52,032 nt of DNA from Candidatus Binataceae bacterium (GTDB taxonomy: Bacteria > Desulfobacterota > Binatia > Binatales > Binataceae), in assembly GCA_024281015.1 (NCBI GenBank), contig JAMXLL010000201.1:1-52032 (forward strand), in the 5' to 3' direction. The stretch's first letter is position 1. Each line of letters opens with the position of its first letter. A program made the translations under genes and the position numbers. Below the pieces are notes generated by a model. The model was not told the DNA's origin. It searched no databases and was given only the letters and a program-made list of their open reading frames with translations. Shown piece after piece: positions 44,264 through 52,032 of this stretch.

Positions 44264-44872
44264 TCATCGAGCCAAAACAGTATCACTCTCATGTTCGCAG
44301 CCCAAAGAGCCGCCCAAAGGATAGAAAACACGATCCATGTGATCGTAGCTGTGGCGCATCACATAGCAATGCTCGTCGCCGCGCGGCCCTTTATAACGGA
44401 CCCGTACCTCCACAATCAGATTCGCCTTGCCTTGCACCACGTCATGATAGGCATCAGCGCTGAGATGACGATATAAAGGATGGGGCACGGCCGGTGACAA
44501 TACTATCGAGGTAGCTTGCTGCTGCGGCTCGAACTCGGCCGGCAGGGCTCTCCCATTAATTTTGAGCACGATACGAATAATGGCATCCTCAGCCTGCACC
44601 GTTCCAAAGTTCCTGAGGTCTGCGACGACGCTTGGATTGGCCTCAGCTGCGAAGTGGACCGATTCGATTCCAACGTATGGACGCTGCGAAGTGAGGAGGA
44701 TTTCGTTGGTCAGTTGCGCTGTCTTCCAGGTTGCATAGGCGCTGAGCCCGGTTGCGACGGCCATCATCAACGCGATCAAGTCAGTAATCTCTAGTGCATT
44801 TGCAATCCTGTTCAAGAGATTACGAGTGGTAGTACCGCGCTCACTTGCTTGCTCAAGATCAGACACTCTCAT
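44264..44872 (-). CDS. Hypothetical membrane-anchored protein (202 aa)
   Basis: ATG preceded by AGAGGAGGG. One TM helix (LIALMMAVATGLSAYATW) followed by a beta-rich domain. No recognised family. Confidence 0.55.
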   Translation of the reverse strand: MRVSDLEQASERGTTTRNLLNRIANALEITDLIALMMAVATGLSAYATWKTAQLTNEILLTSQRPYVGIESVHFAAEANPSVVADLRNFGTVQAEDAIIRIVLKINGRALPAEFEPQQQATSIVLSPAVPHPLYRHLSADAYHDVVQGKANLIVEVRVRYKGPRGDEHCYVMRHSYDHMDRVFYPLGGSLGCEHESDTVLAR

Positions 44873-45355
44873 AGCCCTCCTCTTGGCTGCTAACCCTTCA
44901 GGATGACAACGAGTGCGCTTGTATCAACTCTTTTGCTGCTATGGCTCACCTCAAGAGAAGAAATCATGGCCGACATCGGAACAGCTGAAAACAACCTTCG
45001 AGCAGAGCTTGCCGATGATCGTTGACCAAAGAACGTTCAGCAACTGCTTGGATTCGCGCGCGGTGTCTTCCCCTCCCGTTACCACTCAAGAGCGCGAACG
45101 GCGTCCCAGCTGTGGCGGAGTGCTTCGGCTCGGCTGAGATGATATTCCGCGAGCCCGACAAGCACTTGAGACTGAGAGATAGCGCAACGGACCGCAAGCG
45201 CACTCCGGCAATTGCCTAGAGCACTTGCCCGGCGGATTGTCTCTGCCACAATTCGGATAACGGTGTCTTAATGGCGCGCGGCAAACGTCGCGGAAGTTCT
45301 TGCGGCGGGGTTTTCGCTCCTGCGAGTTGAACACCGCACCATCTTCAGCGTCTGC

Positions 45356-45553
45356 CTAGGGGTCTTCTGTCAGCGAAATCGCGCCATTGGGACAAAGATC
45401 AACCGCCTCTTCAGCAGCCTCGTGCAGCTCCTTCCCCGGATGGTCGACCAAGACGACAGGGGCACCTGCGCTATCAACTTTGAATAATTCAGGATGAAGA
45501 TATGAGCACTGCCCTGCTTTGCGGCACCTTTTGTAATCGATCACGAGCCGCAT
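45356..45553 (-). CDS. Small [3Fe-4S]-type ferredoxin (P450 redox partner type)
   Basis: 65 aa. C-x5-C (CRKAGQC) plus a distal CP (DLCPNGAI). ATG lies 5 nt after the P450 stop, with AGAGGG upstream. Confidence 0.8.
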   Translation of the reverse strand: MRLVIDYKRCRKAGQCSYLHPELFKVDSAGAPVVLVDHPGKELHEAAEEAVDLCPNGAISLTEDP

Positions 45554-45558
45554 GGTCA

Positions 45559-46758
45559 CTACCCTCTTTCCAGAACTAGTGGCAACTGCTGGAACCCAAA
45601 TACCACGGGCGTCATCGTCTGCCGCACCGCTGGTGCACTGCCCGGCCTGATCACCGAAAAGCGGTCCAGAAACCTGGTAAGGCTGATTTTCGCTTCGGCC
45701 CGGGCCAGCGGGGCACCCAAGCAATAGTGAATGCCCATGCCAAAGCCAACATGGTTGCGCAGGTCACGATCCAGCCGGAACTCATCGGGGTTACGGAACT
45801 CGGCCGGATCCCGATTTGCCGCACCGAAATAGATTGTGATCAGGTCGCCTTTGGGGATCAGCACCCCCGATACTTCAACGTCGCGAGTTGCAGTGCGGGA
45901 AAGGCGCTGTACCGGACTCTCGTAACGTAAGGTTTCTTCGATCACCGTCTCGACTAAAGAGCGGTCGCTGCGTAGCCGCTGCCATAGATCAGGCATCGTG
46001 GCCAGCAGGTTAAGTATATTGCCGAGGAGATTGGTCGTAGTCTCGTTCCCCGCGATAAGTAGCAAGATGCAGAATCCTAAAATCTCCCACTCCTCGAGTT
46101 TCTCGCCATCGACCTCAGCATCCACCAGCGCCGTGATCAAATCCTCTGCGCCTCGTGCTCGCCGGGCCGCCGCCATTTTGCCGAAGTATTCCACCATCTC
46201 CTGGATGCTGCGCATCCGCTCGACGTTATCCATCGACACCAGAGAGAGAAATGCGTCGCTCCAACGTTTGAAGCTTTCGTACTCGTCACCGGGAATCCCC
46301 AACAGACGGGCGATTACTTTGACCGGCAACGGTATAGTGTAGCGCTGAACGATATCGACCTCGTTCGTGCCGGCCTCGTCTAGCAACTCCTCAGCGACAC
46401 TCGTGATCCACGGCGTCAGTGCTTCAATCCGTTTCAGCGTGAACGCTTTGTTGACCAAACGGCGGAAGCGGGTATGACGCGGTGGGTCGTCAAGGATTAA
46501 CACCAACGGCGGAAAAGCTTTGCCAACCAGTGGGTTGTTAGCAGACGAGAAAGTCTCGTGATCTCGCAGCGCACCGTAAACATCGCCATATCTCAGCAAT
46601 GCCCACGATCGGAGTGGGTGCTCAATGCCTGGTACACTTCCGGCGGGCAGGTCCTCGTAGTTAAAGGGCGAGCGATCGCGCAGCTGAGTGTAAGCCGGAT
46701 AGGGATCGCTAATCACCTCTCGGGTCGAGAGTTCATCCGGCGCGATGTCTGCCGCCAT
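45559..46758 (-). CDS. Cytochrome P450
   Basis: FGMGIHYCLGAPLARAE heme loop, LLIAGNETTTN I-helix, EETLRYE ExxR. Confidence 0.92.
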   Translation of the reverse strand: MAADIAPDELSTREVISDPYPAYTQLRDRSPFNYEDLPAGSVPGIEHPLRSWALLRYGDVYGALRDHETFSSANNPLVGKAFPPLVLILDDPPRHTRFRRLVNKAFTLKRIEALTPWITSVAEELLDEAGTNEVDIVQRYTIPLPVKVIARLLGIPGDEYESFKRWSDAFLSLVSMDNVERMRSIQEMVEYFGKMAAARRARGAEDLITALVDAEVDGEKLEEWEILGFCILLLIAGNETTTNLLGNILNLLATMPDLWQRLRSDRSLVETVIEETLRYESPVQRLSRTATRDVEVSGVLIPKGDLITIYFGAANRDPAEFRNPDEFRLDRDLRNHVGFGMGIHYCLGAPLARAEAKISLTRFLDRFSVIRPGSAPAVRQTMTPVVFGFQQLPLVLERG

Positions 46759-46884
46759 GAGCCACCCCTCCTTACGAAGTCATTCAGGTTATCACGCTAG
46801 CGCCAAGCAACGCTAATGGTGGCGCAGCGTCGCCTTAGGAGCTGACTGAGCTGACAGCGAACTCGGCGAATTAGGGTTCTCTGA

Positions 46885-46920
46885 CATGCTCGGGCATAAG
46901 ATCATGCTCGGGCATAAGAT
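46885..46920. repeat. Exact 18-bp tandem duplication (CATGCTCGGGCATAAGAT x2)
   Basis: Units 46885-46902 and 46903-46920 are identical. Each contains the imperfect palindrome ATGCTCGGGCAT. Lies in the 174-bp gap between the FAD monooxygenase and P450 genes. Confidence 0.95.
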
Positions 46921-46932
46921 CACCGCCACGCT

Positions 46933-48312
46933 TTATGAGCGTTCCGGATGGTCGAATTCATGCATCCGCTCATGGACCCGGCTCCGCAGCGGCTCATCCC
47001 AAAGCACTGAGGGCGGACGCACCAGATTGAAGACGTCGGAGACGGTCTTTTGCACTTCGATGTCCTCAGCGGTGAGAGCGTCGAGAATCAGAACATAGCG
47101 CATAGTGTCAGGCGTCATCGGCGGACGTTCGCCCTTGGTCTGCGGATAAGAAAAATCAAAGTTAGCGGCGAGCACCCATGGTGTACTCACTACCTCGGCA
47201 GCCTTGGGAAAGAATGCCGCTGCCAAGGCGTCGAGGCCACTCGCTTGAGCCGCACGCTCGGCGAGGATGTGCTCTAAAGCGTCAGCCTGCAAGATTGCTG
47301 AACTCATCCCCTGTCCATAAACGGGATTGAAGCTGCAGATCGCGTCGCCGAGCACGATGAACCGCTCGGGAAATGACTCGAGGCGTTCGTAGTGGCGCAA
47401 GACGCTGGTTGGGAATCTGTAATGAGCAATCTCGTCAACTCGCTCGGCACCCTCTAACATTTCGTAAAGCTTCGGTGTGGGCAGATCTTTGACAAAGTTC
47501 ATGAATCCTGCTGCGTCGTCTGGCGGATAGTCGCCAAAGCGTCCGGCCACACTGACCTGCCAAACACCATCCTCGATGAGAACCAGCGCCGCGCCTCTCG
47601 TATATTTGGGCGGCGGCCCCCCAAATGCCACAAGGGTCCCCGACTCCCGCGCATGGTTCGGATTGATGAACTTGGTGCTCGAATAGGCAAAATCGACGCC
47701 TATTACACTCTCCGGGGGCGACTCGAAACCGTTCTCAGCAAGCCACCTACGAGCGTGCGAGCCACGCCCACCACAATCAACGACGAGATCCGATGAGAGC
47801 GACAACGGTTCGCCGTCACGCCGATAGCGCACGCCTTCAACTCGTCCGTTCCGATGGATCAATCCGTCGACCGTCGCATCGCATTCGAGGCTGATGCATG
47901 GCACGGCCAGGCTATACTGTCGAATGCAATGCTCAAGCAGGCCACGACTCTGGCTGTAAAGCTGAAAACCTAGGTCGCGCGGTTCTTTGACCGTGCCGGT
48001 CAGGGAATAAGCAACACCATCGGGAAGATACAACGGTGCATCCAGGGTGATTCGACCCGGCACCGCGCCCATGCCCTCCAGTACCGCCGTAAAGTCAGGA
48101 TACAGACGCGAGAGCACCTGCAGACCACCTCGCAAAACAGCATGAAGATGATGCCCTTGAGGGGTTGACTTACGTACTTGTGGCCGCGGCTCAATATGAT
48201 CGCGCTCAAGAATGGTAACGTGCTCAAAATAGTCCGACAGCACGCGGGCAGTTACTAGTCCAGCGATACTTCCACCGATTACGACCGCATTTTCACCGAG
48301 CCGGCTTGACAT
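46933..48312 (-). CDS. FAD-dependent monooxygenase/oxidoreductase
   Basis: N-terminal dinucleotide fold VVIGGSIAGLVTA. GD..........GQG motif (LGDAICSFNPVYGQGMS). ATG at 48312 follows GGGAAAAA. Confidence 0.85.
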   Translation of the reverse strand: MSSRLGENAVVIGGSIAGLVTARVLSDYFEHVTILERDHIEPRPQVRKSTPQGHHLHAVLRGGLQVLSRLYPDFTAVLEGMGAVPGRITLDAPLYLPDGVAYSLTGTVKEPRDLGFQLYSQSRGLLEHCIRQYSLAVPCISLECDATVDGLIHRNGRVEGVRYRRDGEPLSLSSDLVVDCGGRGSHARRWLAENGFESPPESVIGVDFAYSSTKFINPNHARESGTLVAFGGPPPKYTRGAALVLIEDGVWQVSVAGRFGDYPPDDAAGFMNFVKDLPTPKLYEMLEGAERVDEIAHYRFPTSVLRHYERLESFPERFIVLGDAICSFNPVYGQGMSSAILQADALEHILAERAAQASGLDALAAAFFPKAAEVVSTPWVLAANFDFSYPQTKGERPPMTPDTMRYVLILDALTAEDIEVQKTVSDVFNLVRPPSVLWDEPLRSRVHERMHEFDHPERS

Positions 48313-48533
48313 TTTTTCCCACAATTCGATCTTGGGCCACCAACTTAGTCTTGTTTCTGAATTGACGCAAAGATGGTCTATCCGTTCTTATATGGCTAAA
48401 CGGAGTTGTTGCGAAACTTGCAACCGTCGAGGAACCCTCACAAGGAACCGTTCCCCGGCAGGAAACAATTCCGCAGAAGACATTGGAGGACTCGGCCGCC
48501 GGCTGGCCAAACAAAGGGCGTGAACGAAAATAC

Positions 48534-49379
48534 TCAGGGTTCGCCAAGGCGCTCTTGCGGTCCCAGTGTCCCGGATTCAGTAGAGGAGGCAAGTGGAATC
48601 TCCTTCCATGATCGCTCTGTCTTGATCAGTGCGTCCGGAGTGACACTCACTGCCCCCCGGAACGGCCAGTCCAGTGCAATAATAAGCACGACCACCAGTG
48701 CCATGGAGGTCGAAACTGCCGCCGTGGTGATAAGATGCATTCGAATGTCATCGAAGCCGAACAAGTAGGTATACCCGGTCGTGATCAGGCCACCTAAAAA
48801 AATGACCCACCAAATCACGTCGGGAATATGTCCCTGCACCGCTGAGAGGCGACTGCCGCGTGCACCATAAAGCAGGTTCAGCGTGCGGAGGAGCTCAGCC
48901 TGAATGACCGTTTGTCCGAGACTGTCCGGTTGCATCATAACGATAGCGCTGTGTACGCGGTGCAAAGGCTCCCATCCCTGGCTTGGGATTCTGCCCTTTT
49001 GCTGGATGGGCCACTCGGTCCCAACCACGGTGTCTGCATAGGTGCCGATGTCCTTGCGAATCTCCCCAGCCATCTCGGGCGGCAGGCCCTGCGTGTCCCG
49101 ATAGATGCTGCCAACGTAATCCGCCTCACGATCAACGATTTCCTCGCTGCTGCTAAAGGATTCCCATGTCGCTATGGCAATGAAGGCCAGCAGCACCGCA
49201 TAGGTCACACTGATGACCGCGACCGCATAGCCGGTGAGTTCATTGTGGGCGCGACGAACATCGACATGGACTACGCGATGGAAAGCGAAAAGGCCGAGGC
49301 ATGCAATCGTGTCCAGCAATACAACGAGAATCGTTCCCCAAAGCCATGTCGGAGTGTTGTAAATGAAATTTATTATCAT
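48534..49379 (-). CDS. DUF4239 (bestrophin-like) membrane protein
   Basis: Family-typical blocks (HNELTGYAVAVISVTYAVLLAFIAIATWESF, EADYVGSIYRD, WP, GYTYLFGF, LDWPFRGAVSVTP). Confidence 0.72.
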   Translation of the reverse strand: MIINFIYNTPTWLWGTILVVLLDTIACLGLFAFHRVVHVDVRRAHNELTGYAVAVISVTYAVLLAFIAIATWESFSSSEEIVDREADYVGSIYRDTQGLPPEMAGEIRKDIGTYADTVVGTEWPIQQKGRIPSQGWEPLHRVHSAIVMMQPDSLGQTVIQAELLRTLNLLYGARGSRLSAVQGHIPDVIWWVIFLGGLITTGYTYLFGFDDIRMHLITTAAVSTSMALVVVLIIALDWPFRGAVSVTPDALIKTERSWKEIPLASSTESGTLGPQERLGEP

Positions 49380-50176
49380 TGCTGCCGGCGGCGTCCTGCC
49401 TTGGGAACGACGTATTGATCCCTCCCCCTAACCCCATTCGACGCGATGCATCGCTGTGCATCCGCTAACTTCATCTTGGTTCCCCCAAAGTTAGACATGC
49501 ATGCCTAAACTATTAGGAATGACCGAGCGTGCCAACCTGCTAACCGATGGTAAACTCACGCAGCGCTGTCTAATAGTTCGTACAGGCGAGATTTCAGCCA
49601 ATGACCGGCGGTTCGGTTCAAGCCCGGGCTCGAAATCGGCCATCCGCAATTTTGCTGCACCTCGGGTTGCACGTGATGATGGTTTGGCCGTGGCCAATCT
49701 CGTTAGCCCCGCCTCCCGGAAAGCGGCTAACGACGTGCGACTCCTTTGTAAATGCTCACTGCCGTCACCTCCGCGTTATGTTCGACCGCCGGATATCGCA
49801 GCGGCTGATTTCGGATTCCTGGACCACCCAATAATCCGCGCATTCGCCGTCTATTCGCTCATGTCTCGCAAGGCTATGGAGTAAGCGGTCCCGCTTGCTC
49901 GTTTCGCGCACAATCATAAAGGATGCAGAAGACGCCGTTGGGAAGGGGTACTCCCTGACTCTCGACGGCGGCGAGGCATAGTTGAAAAGCCGCGAGAAAC
50001 AGGACGAACATAGGGCTGTGTCTTGTCCCGTAAACTAAGTTAAGCAACGGCGTCTGCTCTTGTCATACCGGCCGGAGAGCAGTTCGCTGTGTAGCCGCAT
50101 CAGCTAAACCCGGCAGATTATCTCGCCCACAAAATTATAGTTAGACCGCGCCACGAGAAAACGAGTCGAGTCCACG

Positions 50177-50452
50177 ATGCAGCATTTCCACCGCGACGTA
50201 CCACGCCTGGGCAACGTGGCGGTGAGCCGGCATGCCCAGGAACGGATGATAGACACTGGAATCCCGGAGCGGATGTTTGAGCGCGTACTGCTGTCCGGCT
50301 TAGACACGCAGATCGGCACGAATGTCGTATGGCGCGAGAAGGATGGATTGCGAATAGTCGTCCTTACCAATCCGACACCGAATGTCGGAGCAAAACTGGT
50401 CAAGACGGTTTATCGGGTCAACGCGCAAGCGCGGACTAAGGCAAGACGATGA
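50177..50452 (+). CDS. DUF4258-like toxin-domain protein
   Basis: S-x-HA-x-ERM motif (VSRHAQERMIDTGIPE) and C-terminal ...LVKTVYRV, about 91 aa. Confidence 0.55.
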   Translation: MQHFHRDVPRLGNVAVSRHAQERMIDTGIPERMFERVLLSGLDTQIGTNVVWREKDGLRIVVLTNPTPNVGAKLVKTVYRVNAQARTKARR

Positions 50453-50629
50453 GCGTAATTATTGTCGACGAAACCAGGAATGAATCTCAGGAGTTTCACC
50501 GTTTATCGTAAAGGATCGCTATCGACGTACTCGGTTTTGCACAGCTCCTGGTAGTCTCGGCGGTTTTGGGCCAGCAATTGTCTGCGATCGATTCAACGAT
50601 ACTTCATGGGCAAGAGAAATAACGCTGTC

Positions 50630-51190
50630 CTAGGCTGCTGCAGCCTGACGTTGACGCAGCCATAGTGCAAGCATGATCCACGCCCATCCGCGGAAGATTA
50701 ACCCGATGCCGATTGCGAACCCGACGAACCAGAGTGCCGACGAGGGCCAATGAATCCACAGCAGGATGCCCAGCAATGCAGAGACGGCGCCGTCGAGAAG
50801 AGCCCAGCTGCGATGGGGGGCTTCTGAAGATAGAGCCCCGAACAGGCGCATCAAGCCGCCGACCAGAAAGAAGGCCGCCAGAACCAGCGTTATAGCGAGC
50901 GCGCCACCGGCAGGATTGCTCAGCAGGATCAGTCCCACCACAAAGTCCAGAACGAATACGAGCAAATCCAGGTAATGTCTTTCTTCATGGCTTCGCAGCC
51001 AGTGCACAGCTTGAAAGATCGCACTCACGATAAGGAGCCACCCGAGAAACACCACCGAAACGAGTGTCACCACGATCGTGTCACCCAGTGCCAACACGCC
51101 AAGCCCCACCAGGGCGATACCCAAAATCAGGAACCATCCACGCCGTTCCTGAATGCGTTCGAAGGTTCCCGGCCAAACCGATGCGCCCAT
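50630..51190 (-). CDS. HdeD/DUF308-family membrane protein
   Basis: Six TM helices with repeated DUF308-like segments ([25 protein letters not shown]). Confidence 0.8.
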   Translation of the reverse strand: MGASVWPGTFERIQERRGWFLILGIALVGLGVLALGDTIVVTLVSVVFLGWLLIVSAIFQAVHWLRSHEERHYLDLLVFVLDFVVGLILLSNPAGGALAITLVLAAFFLVGGLMRLFGALSSEAPHRSWALLDGAVSALLGILLWIHWPSSALWFVGFAIGIGLIFRGWAWIMLALWLRQRQAAAA

Positions 51191-51533
51191 TTCATTCCCT
51201 CCTCTGACGGATTCTCCGCACTGCGGAGTACCAAGAAGAGTTGGTCGAGCACAAAGCTTCGCTACTCTGGCGAAGCGGCATCAGAGCTGGCCAACGGCCT
51301 ACTCGTGATAAACGTGCGACCATTCTCCACCCATTACAGAATAGCGATGTAAATGCGTGAAAAAGCAATACGACCAAAGTCCGACAACGAATGATTTGCA
51401 ATCGGCACAACAATTGTCGTGGATTAAGTTGAACGGAAATAAAATAGTCCCCGCACACGTGGCTTCGGCGACGCGGAGGCGGTAGCTTAACCAGAATTCT
51501 TGTGACCGCCAGTGGAGTATGGAATTGCCCGCT

Positions 51534-52032
51534 ATGCGTATTGCCGCGGAATGGAAAGACCTGTGTTTCGCTGTCGCGCTCCTTCCAATAATCGTACTTG
51601 GAGCTTGTAATCCTCAGCGCTCGCATTCCGCTCCTGGCGGGTTCGGCGTGGCTCTACTCACACCCGGGCCGGTCAGTGACGGAGGTTGGAACGCGGCCGC
51701 TTACCAGGGGCTGGAGCTGATCAAAGCCAAACTCGGCGCCAGAACCGCACTTGTGCAGACCACATCTCCGGCCGACTTCGAGGATTCGTTCCGGGACTTC
51801 GCCTCGCGCGGATTCAACCTGGTGTTTGCACATGGATTCGAGTACACCGATGCGGCAGTCAGGGTTGCTCCGGATTTTCCGAATACCTATTTCGTACTCA
51901 GTTCCGGGGGCGCAGCGTCGCGCAATGTGGCGTCTTTGGCTTTCAAGTTCGACCAGGCGACTTACGTGGAAGGTATATTAGCCGCGGGTGTTTCCAAGAC
52001 CGGGGTGGCCGGCGCAATCGGGGGAGTTGAAT
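51534..52032 (+). CDS. BMP-family (PnrA/Med-like) ABC-transporter substrate-binding lipoprotein, 3' partial at window edge
   Basis: My own translation of the frame missed by the ORF track:
- MRIAAEWKDLCFAVALLPIIVLGAC (lipobox LGAC)
- then GFGVALLTPGPVSDGGWNAAAYQGLELIKAKLG...FASRGFNLVFAHGFEYTDAAVRVAPDFPNTYFVLSSG...FKFDQATYVEGILAAG
An alternative ATG lies at 51519. Confidence 0.8.
   Translation, partial: MRIAAEWKDLCFAVALLPIIVLGACNPQRSHSAPGGFGVALLTPGPVSDGGWNAAAYQGLELIKAKLGARTALVQTTSPADFEDSFRDFASRGFNLVFAHGFEYTDAAVRVAPDFPNTYFVLSSGGAASRNVASLAFKFDQATYVEGILAAGVSKTGVAGAIGGVE

Noticed and set aside
49609-49640. tRNA-like T-arm (GGTTCAAGCCCGGG)
   Set aside because: No matching acceptor stem, D-arm or anticodon arm can be drawn in the flanking 80 nt.
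51192-51626. 144-aa minus-strand ORF
   Set aside because: It overlaps the start of the BMP-family lipoprotein gene found on the plus strand, and has no SD or motifs.
1-52032. CRISPR arrays, IS elements, integrases, rRNA and tRNA genes
   Set aside because: Scanning the intergenic regions by eye showed no spaced direct-repeat arrays, terminal inverted repeats, transposase- or integrase-like ORFs, or rRNA or tRNA signatures. Manual scanning cannot fully exclude a missed tRNA.

Overview
This is a 52-kb GC-rich (roughly 58-62% by eye) bacterial chromosomal window. I recognised no rRNA, tRNA, CRISPR array, transposase or integrase. I cannot assign a taxon from the sequence alone. Two NtrC-type sigma-54 activators, two P450s and heavy-metal RND genes fit a soil or sediment Gram-negative-type lineage.

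Gene order:
- **0.4-7 kb:** BON-domain protein, P450 plus MFS transporter, DUF192 lipoprotein, an isolated rplS, a Cys/Met-family PLP enzyme and an MntP-like Mn exporter.
- **7.7-19.6 kb, K+ homeostasis block:** a KimA-type K+ transporter homolog lies convergent with a nine-gene minus-strand array. That array is a hydrophobic uORF, kdpF, kdpA, kdpB, kdpC, a YnfA-like 4-TM gene, a stand-alone KdpD N-terminal/Usp sensor, a HAMP/PAS histidine kinase and a sigma-54 response regulator.
- **20.4-28.3 kb, metal-efflux operon:** an RcnR-fingerprint CsoR-family repressor, a P1B ATPase with a non-CPx transmembrane motif, and an HME-RND tripartite pump (OMF, MFP, RND). An IMPase-family gene follows.
- **29.2-36.4 kb, minus-strand array:** nadA, NrtR-like regulator, PCYCGC-motif protein, DedA, a second histidine kinase with a sigma-54 regulator, an SDR and a SprT-like protein.
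- **36.6-42.9 kb:** acyl-CoA dehydrogenase, a short RecQ-family helicase, a GT9-like protein, and a DUF3618-like / holin-X-like / YihY triad.
- **42.9-51.5 kb, lower-GC gene-poor accessory stretch:** orphan small ORFs, an FAD-monooxygenase / P450 / 3Fe-4S ferredoxin cluster, DUF4239, an orphan DUF4258 toxin-like gene and HdeD.
- **51.5 kb to window end:** a BMP-family lipoprotein gene that the ORF track missed.

Most interesting:
- The rewired Kdp regulatory module, with a split KdpD, a sigma-54 activator, a candidate -24/-12 promoter and a KdpF-like uORF.
- The RcnR-like / atypical P1B ATPase / RND supra-operon.
- A candidate H-type pseudoknot upstream of the Cys/Met PLP enzyme.
- An NrtR-type palindrome in the nadA / acyl-CoA dehydrogenase divergent region.

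All family assignments come from reading motifs by eye and recall of family signatures. No searches were run.
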